Below, piece by piece: positions 43,273 to 52,219 of a stretch of DNA of 64,000 bases (the stretch's first letter is position 1; every line of letters starts with the position of its first letter). Made by a program: the position numbers and the translations under genes. Source of the stretch: Candidatus Cloacimonadales bacterium (GTDB lineage: Bacteria; Cloacimonadota; Cloacimonadia; Cloacimonadales; JAFGVF01); NCBI GenBank assembly GCA_963677495.2, contig CAXXOU010000004.1, positions 1,408,001 through 1,472,000 of the forward strand, written 5' to 3'. Under the pieces are notes generated by a model that saw only the letters and a program-made list of their open reading frames with translations, did not search any database and had not been told where the DNA came from.

Positions 43273-44045
43273 ACCTACTCCAAACTGTCTTGAAGTAGTC
43301 ATTTTTAAAGGTTGGCAGTTTTGTACCACTTTTCACTGCCATCGTGTACCATTTCTCACTGCCATTGACAAAGTTTTGGTCAGTGGAAGATGCCAACGAT
43401 GTTGGCACAGCAACTCAGGAGAGTCGCAGTACAATCGTTTTGGTCAGTGGAAATTGCCGACGATGTTGGCACAGCAACTCAGGAGAGTCGCAGTACATCG
43501 TAGTGCGAGTGTGTCCCCACTTGCACATAGCTCGATTGAGCTATAACCGGGAAGCTTATCGTGTTCAGTAACTAGTATGACTTGTATATTCATAAACTAA
43601 TCACTACGTTTGAACGGATGATTTCTAAATCTGGGTCAGTGGAAGATGCCGACTGTGTCGGCACAGCAACTCGGGAGAGTCGCAGTACAATTGTAGTGCG
43701 AGTGTCCCCACTTGCACATAGCTCGATAGAGCTATAACCGGGAAGCTTATCGTGTTCAGTAACTAGTATGACTTGTATACTTAACTCTACGTTAGAATTT
43801 ATTGTTTTTAAGTTTTGGTCAGTGGAAGATGCCAACGATGTTGGCACAGCAACTCAGGAGAGTCGCAGTACAATCGTTTTGGTCAGTGGAAATTGCCGAC
43901 TGTGTCGGCACAGCAACTCAGGAGAGTCGCAGTACAGTACAATCGTAGTGCGAGTGTCCCCACTTGCACATAGCTCGATAGAGCTATAACCGGGAAGCTG
44001 GTCGTGCTATGGAATTAGTATGGACATGAAAAAACCACAAATACA

Positions 44046-44081
44046 TTGACTTATATCATTATAAATTGGTATTTTAAAATC
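44046..44081 (+). promoter_or_regulatory. Possible sigma70 promoter giving a leaderless RAYT mRNA
   Basis: TTGACT (44046) - 18 bp - TATTTT (44070); ATG begins 7 nt after the -10 box; no RBS. Confidence 0.4.
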
Positions 44082-44666
44082 ATGAAAAGGTTTAATGAGT
44101 ATCACAAAAGGCTCCTCCCTCATATTCAAGAATATGGTGGAGTTTATTCAATAGTATTTAGACTTGCTTGGTCTATCCCTGTTGCTAAGTTGAAAGAAAT
44201 AAGTATTGAGAAAAGACCCAATAATGATACTTGTTACTTCACTAAGTTTGATAATTATCTAGATACATGTTCAACTCCCAATTGGTTACTAAACCCCAAA
44301 ATTGCTAAATTGGTGGAGAACACTATTCATTTCCATGATAATGGAAAGTATTTAGCAATAGCTTTTTGCATAATGCCAAACCATGTGCATTTAATTCTTG
44401 AACCTTTGTTTAAGAACAAAGAAACTCCTTTTGCACTAACAGAAGTTTTGCACTCAATCAAGACTTATACTGCAAAGGAAGGAAATAGGATTCTAGGTAG
44501 AAAGGGACAATTCTGGTCTCATGAAAGCTATGACCATTTGATAAGAAATGAAAAAGAACTCTACAATCAAATCGAGTATTTGAAGAACAATCCTGTCAAA
44601 GCAAAACTGGTTGCTGATCAGGATGATTGGGAGTATACTTGGGTTGCTGAAGATATTGAATTGTAA
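44082..44666 (+). CDS. REP-associated tyrosine transposase (RAYT; Y1 HUH nuclease)
   Basis: LPH..., FRLA, IMPNHVH (HUH), FWSHESYDHLIR, YLKNNPVKA (catalytic Tyr); flanked by inverted REPs; no tnpB. Confidence 0.9.
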   Translation: MKRFNEYHKRLLPHIQEYGGVYSIVFRLAWSIPVAKLKEISIEKRPNNDTCYFTKFDNYLDTCSTPNWLLNPKIAKLVENTIHFHDNGKYLAIAFCIMPNHVHLILEPLFKNKETPFALTEVLHSIKTYTAKEGNRILGRKGQFWSHESYDHLIRNEKELYNQIEYLKNNPVKAKLVADQDDWEYTWVAEDIEL

Positions 44667-45322
44667 CTAGACGCATTTAAGATATATTCTAAGTTCCGGT
44701 CAGTGGAAATTGCCAACGATGTTGGCACAGCAACTCGGGAGAGTCGCAGTACAATTGTAGTGCGAGTGTCCCCACTTGCACATAGCTCGATAGAGCTATA
44801 ACCGGGAAGCTTATCGTGTTCAGTAACTAGTATTGACTTGTATATTCATAAACTTATCTCTACGTTCGTACTTATGGTTATTAAGTTTCGGTCAGTGGAT
44901 ATTGCCGACTGTGTCGGCACAGCAACTCAGGAGAGTCGCAGTACAGTACAATCGTAGTGCGAGTGTCCCCACTTGCACATAGCTCGCAGAGCTATAACCG
45001 GGAAGCTAATCGTGCTCAGGAACTAGTAATGACTTGTATACTTAACTCTACGTTAGAATTTATTGTTTTTAAGTTTTGGTCAGTGGAAGATGCCAACGAT
45101 GTTGGCACAGCAACTCAGGAGAGTCGCAGTACAATCGTTTTGGTCAGTGGAAGATGCCAACGATGTTGGCACAGCAACTCGGGAGAGTTGCAGTACAATT
45201 GTTGCGGTCAGAGAGTTACACGACAACATCCATGAAAAAAAGCTTTTCAAAATAGAAAGTTTTAAAAGTTTGTACGATAAGCAGATTATAGAATTGAAAT
45301 CCTGCTAATCGTTGGAGGAAAA

Positions 45323-45628
45323 ATGTTTAAATTAAGTGATGAACAGCTTGCTAAAGCAAAGGAGATTGCTCTGTCTAATCGTCGTAAGAAAAGTTGCGGT
45401 GAGTGTTATGACAGAGGCTATATTGGCACAACAGAGGAGAACCTTCTCATACTTTGTCAGAAGTGTGTAGATATGGAAAAAGCGATGGATGACTGGAAAG
45501 AGTTCGTTGCAACTGTGCCTGAGTTGAAAGAGCAGTTCAGTGATCTGTTTGAAGAAGATACAGAAGAAGATGAAGATATTGATGTATCGCAGTTGAACAG
45601 AGCGATGCGTAGAAAAGCCAATAAATAA
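45323..45628 (+). CDS. Small CxxC-CxxC (zinc-binding) hypothetical protein upstream of ileS
   Basis: CGECYDRGY...CQKC; RBS GGAGG. Confidence 0.75.
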   Translation: MFKLSDEQLAKAKEIALSNRRKKSCGECYDRGYIGTTEENLLILCQKCVDMEKAMDDWKEFVATVPELKEQFSDLFEEDTEEDEDIDVSQLNRAMRRKANK

Positions 45629-45651
45629 ATTTTAACATAAATGGAGCATAA

Positions 45652-48600
45652 ATGTACAAGCCAATAGATATTAAAGAACCGGCAACTCTACTCGAAGAGA
45701 GAGTAAGAGTTTACTGGAAAGAGAAAGATCTCGCAAAAAAGAGTGAAGAAGCTAGAGAAGATGCAAAACGATTTGTTTTCTTTGAAGGACCTCCAACTGC
45801 AAATGGCAAACCGGGTATTCACCACGTTATGGGTAGAACACTTAAAGATTCAGTATGCCGTTACAAGACTATGAAAGGTTTTCAAGTTAAGAGAAAAGCC
45901 GGTTGGGATACACACGGTTTACCTGTTGAGATTGAAGTTGAGAAACAGATAGGTTTATCTGATAAGAAAGATATCGAAGAATATGGAATCGCTAAATTCA
46001 ATCAGAAGTGTCGTGAATCTGTTTTCACATACGAAACTCTTTGGAGAAAGATGACTGAAAAGATGGGTTATTGGATTGATCTTGATAATCCATATATAAC
46101 TCTTGATAATAACTATATCGAGTCTGTTTGGTGGATTCTGAACGACTTCTTTAAAAAAGACCTTATCTATAAAGGTCATAAGATTGTGCCATATTGCCCA
46201 AGTTGCGGTACTCCACTCTCTTCACACGAAGTAGCTCAGGGATACAAAGATGTGAATGATCCTTCTGTCTTTGCTAAATTCAGAAGCAAAGATGAAGAAA
46301 ATCTTTATTATCTTGCTTGGACAACAACACCTTGGACACTTATTTCTAACGTTGCACTTGTAGTGAACCCTGAATCTGATTATGTGAAAGTTATGCATAA
46401 TGATGAGAAGCTTATACTTGCAAAAGCAAGACTTAGCGTTCTTGATGGTGACTATGAAATAATCGAAGAGTTCAAAGGTGCTACTTTAGAACATAAAGAG
46501 TATGAACCATTATTCCAATATGTTGAAGTTGATAAGAAAGCCTGGTACATCGGTTGTGCTGATTATGTAACAATGGATGACGGTACAGGTGTTGTACACA
46601 CTGCTCCTGCATTCGGTCAGGATGACTACAATCTTGGTATGAAATATGGACTTCCATTCGTGCAACCTGTTGATGCAGCCGGTAAGTTTACTGAAGAAGT
46701 TACCGATTGGGCAGGATTATTTGTGAAAGAAGCGGACAAAGGAATCATCAGAAACCTTAAAGAGCGAGGAATTCTTTACAAACGTGAACAGATAAAACAT
46801 AGTTACCCTCATTGCTGGAGATGTTCAAGTCCACTCGTTTATTATGCAAGAGAGAGTTGGTATATCAGAACTCAGAAATATAGAGATCAGTTGATGGAAA
46901 ACAACAATAGCGTTAACTGGGTGCCTGGATTCGTTGGAGAAAAGCGTTTCGGTGCTTGGTTAGAGAACAATATTGATTGGGCTTTATCACGTGATAGATT
47001 CTGGGGTACACCACTTAACGTATGGGTTTGTGATGATTGTGGAAAACTTGATTCTGCAGGTTCAATTGCTGAACTACGTGAAAAGGGAACTCTTCTTGAT
47101 GGAAGTGAAGTACCTGAAGATATAGAACTGCATCGTCCTTATGTCGATGATGTAGAGTTCACATGTTCATGTGGTGGTAAGATGCACAGAACCAAAGAGG
47201 TTATAGACTGCTGGTTTGATAGTGGTGCTATGCCTTTCGCTCAATGGCACTATCCATTTGAGAATAAAGAGATCTTTGATGATGAGCTGTTCCCGGCTGA
47301 CTTCATATCCGAAGGTATCGACCAGACTCGTGGTTGGTTCTATACACTTCTTACGATCTCTACTATCCTTAAAGGTAAGGCACCTTACAAGAACGTTCTA
47401 GTGAATGACCTTATCCTTGATAAGAAAGGTATCAAAATGAGTAAGTCAAAGGGCAACAGTGTTGATCCTATGGAGCTCATGGAGAAGTATGGTGCTGATG
47501 CTATTCGCTGGTATTTGATCAGTAATTCTGTACCTTGGATTCCAACTAAATTCGATACTAAAGGTGTTGAAGAGGTTGTTGGTAAGTTCCTTGGAACACT
47601 TAAGAACGTATATTCATTCTTTATAACATATACAAACATTGATAAATTTGATGCTAATGCTCATGAGTTTAATGAGAAGCAGTCAGTTGAGATTGATAGA
47701 TGGATAATCTCACGACTAAACTCAGTAATCAAAGATGTTACTGCATCTAATGATGGTTTTGATTTCACCAAGAGCTTAAGAATCATGCAGGACTTCGTAC
47801 TTGATGAAGTATCAAACTGGTACGTAAGAAGAAGCAGAAGAAGATTCTGGGCTATGGACCTGACTGAAGATAAGAAAACAGCTTATCTTACATTGAATCA
47901 TATCCTCGTGAATGTAAGTAAACTTATTGCACCGTTCGTACCATATTTTGCTGAAGATATGTATACAAACCTTACAGGTAAAGAAAGTGTTCATTTAGAA
48001 GACTACCCTGTTGCAAAGAATGAACTGATTGATGCAAATCTTGAAGCTGAGATGAAAACAATTATCGATTTAGTTTCTCTTGGTAGAGCTGCAAGAAATA
48101 CAAGTCAGATCAAAGTAAGACAGACCCTTCAGAAGTTGTTTGTTCCTGAAAGAACAAAGCATGTTGTTGAGAGAATGCTTGAGCTCATCAAAGAAGAGAT
48201 TAATATCAAAGAGATAGAGTACATCTCTGAGAATGATGATTTCGTTCACTTTGAAATGAAACCAAACTTCAAGGTCATGGGTCCTAAATTCGGTAAAGAT
48301 ATGAAGAAGCTTGCCGGACATCTTAGAACTCTCAATGGTGGTGAGATTCTTGCTTGTTTCAAAAAAGGTAACGCCTTTACATTCGAGATTGATGGTCAGG
48401 AATTCTCAATTGTTGAAGAAGATGTAGCAGTATCTATTCAACAGAGAGAAGGCTTTGTTTTCGAAAGCTCAAAAGAGAACTACGTAGCTCTTGATACAAC
48501 CCTCACAGATGAGTTGATTCTTGAAGGTTATGCAAGAGAGCTTGTTAATAAGATTCAGTTCACCAGAAAAGAGAACAACTACGATGTTATGGACAGAATA

Positions 48601-48768
48601 GCTGTATGTCTTGTTGGGGATGAAGAGATAAAGAAAGCTGTTGATTTACACGCTGATTATATCAAATCAGAGACTCTTGCTGATAGCATTGAGTTTACTC
48701 AGAAAGATGATATGACAGAATGGGATATTAATGGTAAACAGGTACAATTAGTACTTGCAAAGATATAA
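45652..48768 (+). CDS. ileS: Isoleucyl-tRNA synthetase, type 2 (GIHH signature)
   Basis: EGPPTANGKPGIHH, GWDTHGLP, WTTTPWTL, DQTRGWFYTL, KMSKS; IleRS2-type C-terminus. Confidence 0.97.
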   Translation: MYKPIDIKEPATLLEERVRVYWKEKDLAKKSEEAREDAKRFVFFEGPPTANGKPGIHHVMGRTLKDSVCRYKTMKGFQVKRKAGWDTHGLPVEIEVEKQIGLSDKKDIEEYGIAKFNQKCRESVFTYETLWRKMTEKMGYWIDLDNPYITLDNNYIESVWWILNDFFKKDLIYKGHKIVPYCPSCGTPLSSHEVAQGYKDVNDPSVFAKFRSKDEENLYYLAWTTTPWTLISNVALVVNPESDYVKVMHNDEKLILAKARLSVLDGDYEIIEEFKGATLEHKEYEPLFQYVEVDKKAWYIGCADYVTMDDGTGVVHTAPAFGQDDYNLGMKYGLPFVQPVDAAGKFTEEVTDWAGLFVKEADKGIIRNLKERGILYKREQIKHSYPHCWRCSSPLVYYARESWYIRTQKYRDQLMENNNSVNWVPGFVGEKRFGAWLENNIDWALSRDRFWGTPLNVWVCDDCGKLDSAGSIAELREKGTLLDGSEVPEDIELHRPYVDDVEFTCSCGGKMHRTKEVIDCWFDSGAMPFAQWHYPFENKEIFDDELFPADFISEGIDQTRGWFYTLLTISTILKGKAPYKNVLVNDLILDKKGIKMSKSKGNSVDPMELMEKYGADAIRWYLISNSVPWIPTKFDTKGVEEVVGKFLGTLKNVYSFFITYTNIDKFDANAHEFNEKQSVEIDRWIISRLNSVIKDVTASNDGFDFTKSLRIMQDFVLDEVSNWYVRRSRRRFWAMDLTEDKKTAYLTLNHILVNVSKLIAPFVPYFAEDMYTNLTGKESVHLEDYPVAKNELIDANLEAEMKTIIDLVSLGRAARNTSQIKVRQTLQKLFVPERTKHVVERMLELIKEEINIKEIEYISENDDFVHFEMKPNFKVMGPKFGKDMKKLAGHLRTLNGGEILACFKKGNAFTFEIDGQEFSIVEEDVAVSIQQREGFVFESSKENYVALDTTLTDELILEGYARELVNKIQFTRKENNYDVMDRIAVCLVGDEEIKKAVDLHADYIKSETLADSIEFTQKDDMTEWDINGKQVQLVLAKI

Positions 48769-48773
48769 ACTTA

Positions 48774-48807
48774 AGACTGAGAGCCGGATTCGTCCGGCTC
48801 TCAGTCT
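48774..48807. other. Perfect 15-bp stem-loop after ileS without a U-tract
   Basis: agactgagagccgga-ttcg-tccggctctcagtct. Confidence 0.7.
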
Positions 48808-48822
48808 ATCTATGAAATTGAT

Positions 48823-49392
48823 ATGAAAGTAAAATACACAGAAAAAGACACAAAAAGGTCAAGCTTCGATCCTATTGTGAAATCATTGCTTGAGATTGGA
48901 AAGCTCAAGTCCTGTTTCAGACAAGGATGGTTAAAGCGTGGTATTACAGAAGATATCGGTGAGTCTATAGCTGACCACTGCTTCTTTGTTGTGCTCAGTG
49001 CTATGTTCATAGCTGAGCGAGACTTCCCTGAACTTGATCGAATGAAGGTTCTGAGAATGGCAATTGTCCATGAATTAGCCGAAGCAACGGTTGGTGATAT
49101 AACCCCGGTTGATGGCATTTCTGAAGATGAAAAATATGCCATGGAGCGCAAAGCATTCATTGAGATTCTTGATGGTGTTGACGTGAATAATGAGTATCTA
49201 CAGCTATGGGAAGAGTTTGAAGCAAATGAAACGAAAGAAGCTAAGTTCGTAAAACAGATTGACAAGTTTGAAATGGGTTTACAAGCTTACAAATATAAGA
49301 TGCATGATTTTCCTGGTATGGAAGAGTTCTTAGATTCAACCAGAAGAGTAGTGCAGGATGATAGATTAAAAAGGATGATTAAGGAGTTTTAA
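48823..49392 (+). CDS. HD domain 5'-deoxynucleotidase-like protein (YfbR/HDDC2-like)
   Basis: RQGW, ESIADH, HELAEA..GDITP, EAKFVKQIDKFE. Confidence 0.85.
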   Translation: MKVKYTEKDTKRSSFDPIVKSLLEIGKLKSCFRQGWLKRGITEDIGESIADHCFFVVLSAMFIAERDFPELDRMKVLRMAIVHELAEATVGDITPVDGISEDEKYAMERKAFIEILDGVDVNNEYLQLWEEFEANETKEAKFVKQIDKFEMGLQAYKYKMHDFPGMEEFLDSTRRVVQDDRLKRMIKEF

Positions 49393-49409
49393 ACTCCTAT
49401 GAGGGAACG

Positions 49410-49679
49410 ATGAGAATAGATCAATTGTTAAACAAACTATGTCTAGTAAAGACTAGGACAATAGCAAAGAATGCTTGTGATAAGAACCTAATTCAAGTTA
49501 ATGGGAAGAAATCTAAAGCAAGTCAAAACATTAACGAGGGTGATGAGATATCTATAGCTTTAGGGCAGTATAAAACTGTTGTTAAAATTACACAGTTGCC
49601 TAAAGGTAATGTTGCAAAGAAAGATGCCGGAGAATACTATGAAGTATTGAAGAGGACAAAAATACAAATAGATGAGTAA
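49410..49679 (+). CDS. S4-domain RNA-binding protein (Hsp15/RqcP-like)
   Basis: MRIDQLL..LCLVKTRT.A..AC...VNG...KAS. Confidence 0.88.
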   Translation: MRIDQLLNKLCLVKTRTIAKNACDKNLIQVNGKKSKASQNINEGDEISIALGQYKTVVKITQLPKGNVAKKDAGEYYEVLKRTKIQIDE

Positions 49680-51792
49680 AGGATTCCTTTTCAAAACTCA
49701 AAACCTGATATACTATATCAGAGCTAATCATACTGTTGAAAACGTAATTGCAGCAGTATTGATTACTATTGTCTTCTTTCTTAGCTCATTTATTGAGCTC
49801 AGGGTACCGGATAACAATATTGTTGAAGGGCAAGTAAGTGAGAAAGATATTATTGCTCCTTTCTCGTTTGAAGTAAAGAAAGATGAAGCTCAATTGAAAG
49901 CTGAAAGGGAAAATAATCTTCAAGATATAAACCCTGTCTATATACTTTCTGAAAATATTAATTACCAAATCATCCAGAACTTAAATCATTTGTTTACTAA
50001 TCTGTACTCATTCAAGAAAACAGGAAAGAAAGAACAGATGAGAAACTACATCTTAAATTTGGATTACGAGATAAACTATACTGAATTAAATTACTTGTTC
50101 GCAAGAGAAAACCTTCAGAAAGTTTGGGACTATGTGATGATATATAGTGACTCACTACTCTCAAAAGGTATAGTAGAAGTTCCAATAGATAAGATTATAC
50201 TTTTTGAGAATGGTAGTAGAACCCAGTCAATTGACACAGACTCATTCAACAACGTCTCAAAGGCATCTCATAGTGTTTCACTTGCTTATGAAGATGAAGA
50301 TATACATGGTTTTATTGAGTATATACTTTTCCTTTACTTAAAACCAAACATTGTCATCGACCGTAATAAAACCGATGAGATTGTTAACACTCGTAAAGAG
50401 AAACTTAAACCAGTCTTGGATGTAATTCAGAAGAATGAGATTATAATTCGAAAGAATACTAAAATATCGCACATGGAATTCTTGAAATACCAATCAATGC
50501 TGAACTCCAAGGAGTATCTTAGCTGGAAAAACCGAAAGCGAATGCTGATTATACGCATTGTTGGTTTTGGATTACTGGTATTCTTACTTCTATCAGCCAT
50601 GAGATATACTCTATCTAAGTTACACTCTGAAGTTAGCAATAAGAGCTACTTGTTGATGCTGATATTATTAGTTAGTGAGTTGATACTCTATCTACTCATT
50701 GTCAATATTGCCGGAATATCACCATATATATTCCCGCTAATGTTTTTTATTTTACTACCTGCTGTTGTGGTATCAACCACTTCAGGATTGGTGTTCGGGC
50801 TCTTTCTACTTATCATCAATCTACTGACATTCAATATTGATAAGACACTGCAATTGTATCATGCTTTGATTGCAACTGCCGGTCTTATCTATCTAGATAG
50901 ATTAACAGTGAAACAAACATATTCAACAATTGCATGGATGTTAATGCTTACAGGGGCAATCCTAATCCTAGCGATAGGATTAGTCGTCAGCACTCCCCTA
51001 TTTAGAACTGTCAACTATCTGATTTATAGTGAGATTGCTCTTATCATATCTATAACCGGACTAATCTCAACTGCAAATTGGGCTGAATCTAAGCTAGACA
51101 CTGTTTCCAGTAATCAGTTGATCAGTATGATTGACTTCAATCATCCACTTCTGAAGAAGCTAGCTACCGAAGCACCGGGCACATATCATCATTCGTTAGT
51201 TGTTAGTAATCTTGCTGAACGTGCAGCTGAGGAAATAGGAGCTGATTATCTTTTAGCTCGTGTAGGTAGTTACTATCACGATATAGGCAAACTTAAGAAT
51301 CCTAGTATGTTCACTGAAAACAACGAACACTCAGATAGATTGCACTCACAGATGGGATATGATGAAAGTGCTGAGTTTATTAAAGAACATGTAAGTTACG
51401 GAATTCAACTAGGTAAACAATATAAGTTTCCAAGTGCAATATTAGATATTATTCAAACTCATCATGGCACACAAGCAATCAAATACTTCCTTAAGATGGC
51501 TAAAGAAAGCAATCTCGAAACTCCACAGTCAGTGTTCTACTACAATGGACCTAAACCGCAGACAAAGATTGCTGCCATTATTATGATTGCTGATATTGTT
51601 GAATCGAAGTCTAAAGTCTTTAACGAGTTTAAGGCACAGATTGTCGAAGAGACTATAGATGAGCTAATCCGTAATAAACAACTCCTGGACTGTGATCTAA
51701 CATTTAAAGAATTAGGTCAGATTCGCACAGTAATGAATGTTGTCCTCAGTAGTATCTACCGTAAACGCAAAGATTATAAGTTGGACGAATAG
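49672..51792 (+). CDS. 7TM-HDIG phosphodiesterase (PgpH-like)
   Basis: Extracellular domain, 7TM region, EAPGTYHHS, YYHDIGK, FTEN, HHGT, IMIAD. Confidence 0.88.
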   Translation: MSKGFLFKTQNLIYYIRANHTVENVIAAVLITIVFFLSSFIELRVPDNNIVEGQVSEKDIIAPFSFEVKKDEAQLKAERENNLQDINPVYILSENINYQIIQNLNHLFTNLYSFKKTGKKEQMRNYILNLDYEINYTELNYLFARENLQKVWDYVMIYSDSLLSKGIVEVPIDKIILFENGSRTQSIDTDSFNNVSKASHSVSLAYEDEDIHGFIEYILFLYLKPNIVIDRNKTDEIVNTRKEKLKPVLDVIQKNEIIIRKNTKISHMEFLKYQSMLNSKEYLSWKNRKRMLIIRIVGFGLLVFLLLSAMRYTLSKLHSEVSNKSYLLMLILLVSELILYLLIVNIAGISPYIFPLMFFILLPAVVVSTTSGLVFGLFLLIINLLTFNIDKTLQLYHALIATAGLIYLDRLTVKQTYSTIAWMLMLTGAILILAIGLVVSTPLFRTVNYLIYSEIALIISITGLISTANWAESKLDTVSSNQLISMIDFNHPLLKKLATEAPGTYHHSLVVSNLAERAAEEIGADYLLARVGSYYHDIGKLKNPSMFTENNEHSDRLHSQMGYDESAEFIKEHVSYGIQLGKQYKFPSAILDIIQTHHGTQAIKYFLKMAKESNLETPQSVFYYNGPKPQTKIAAIIMIADIVESKSKVFNEFKAQIVEETIDELIRNKQLLDCDLTFKELGQIRTVMNVVLSSIYRKRKDYKLDE

Positions 51793-51794
51793 CT

Positions 51795-52217
51795 ATGCCT
51801 GAATTACAATTTGAGAACAAAACGGATCAAGATATATCTATAAACATCTTTCAGGATGTTCTAAACGTTGTTACTAATAATAATGAAATCTCTGTTAACA
51901 GTGAAGTTTCTTTAGTTATCGTAGATTCTAAAGAGATGAAGGATCTGAATGGCAAATATAGAGGTTTATACAAGCCTACTGATGTTTTAAGCTTTCCTTG
52001 TGAAATGGACTTCATACCTTTTCTGGGTGATATAATTATTGACATTTATACTGCTGACAGGCAAAAGGGATTAAATTCCCTGTCTGAAGAGTTGCAAATA
52101 CTTTTTTTACATGGGCTCTTACATCTTCTCGGACATGACCATTTATCGGTTAAACAGAAGCAGGAGATGCAAGATAAAGAAAAATACTATACTAAATTAT
52201 TAAGGAGTAAACCGTAA
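51795..52217 (+). CDS. ybeY: rRNA maturation endoribonuclease YbeY
   Basis: PTDVLSF, LGDIII, HGLLHLLGHDH. Confidence 0.95.
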   Translation: MPELQFENKTDQDISINIFQDVLNVVTNNNEISVNSEVSLVIVDSKEMKDLNGKYRGLYKPTDVLSFPCEMDFIPFLGDIIIDIYTADRQKGLNSLSEELQILFLHGLLHLLGHDHLSVKQKQEMQDKEKYYTKLLRSKP

Positions 52218-52219
52218 CA

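Larger units (their letters stand above)
41011..43370 (-). mobile_element. IS21-family insertion sequence, 2360 bp, complete
   Basis: Terminal IR TGTCAATGGCA at both ends with internal TGGCA...TGGTACA repeats; 6-bp target duplication AAGTTT at 41005-41010 and 43371-43376; istA+istB. Confidence 0.96.
40204..45200. repeat. Tandem REP/REPIN (BIME-like) array of nine units, interrupted by IS21 and containing the RAYT gene
   Basis: GTAG+hairpin unit starts at 40250, 40441, 40697, 40888, 43500, 43693, 43945, 44757, 44954; 13 copies of tgccRac...gtYggcacagcaactcRggagagtYgcagtac. Confidence 0.92.

Noticed and set aside
44082..44666. IS200/IS605 element
   Set aside because: No tnpB; flanked by inverted multicopy REPs; motifs (FW..ESYDH.IR, NNPVKA) fit RAYT
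40204..45200. CRISPR array
   Set aside because: Units are 191-256 bp, the middle segments recur as three related variants instead of unique spacers, there are no cas genes, and the RAYT gene explains the repeats
40517..45308. Short ORFs such as WSVEDANDVGTATQESRSTIV (40517, 40522, 43344, 43590, 43768, 44957, 45063)
   Set aside because: Translations of the DNA repeat; no RBS, and frames are inconsistent between copies
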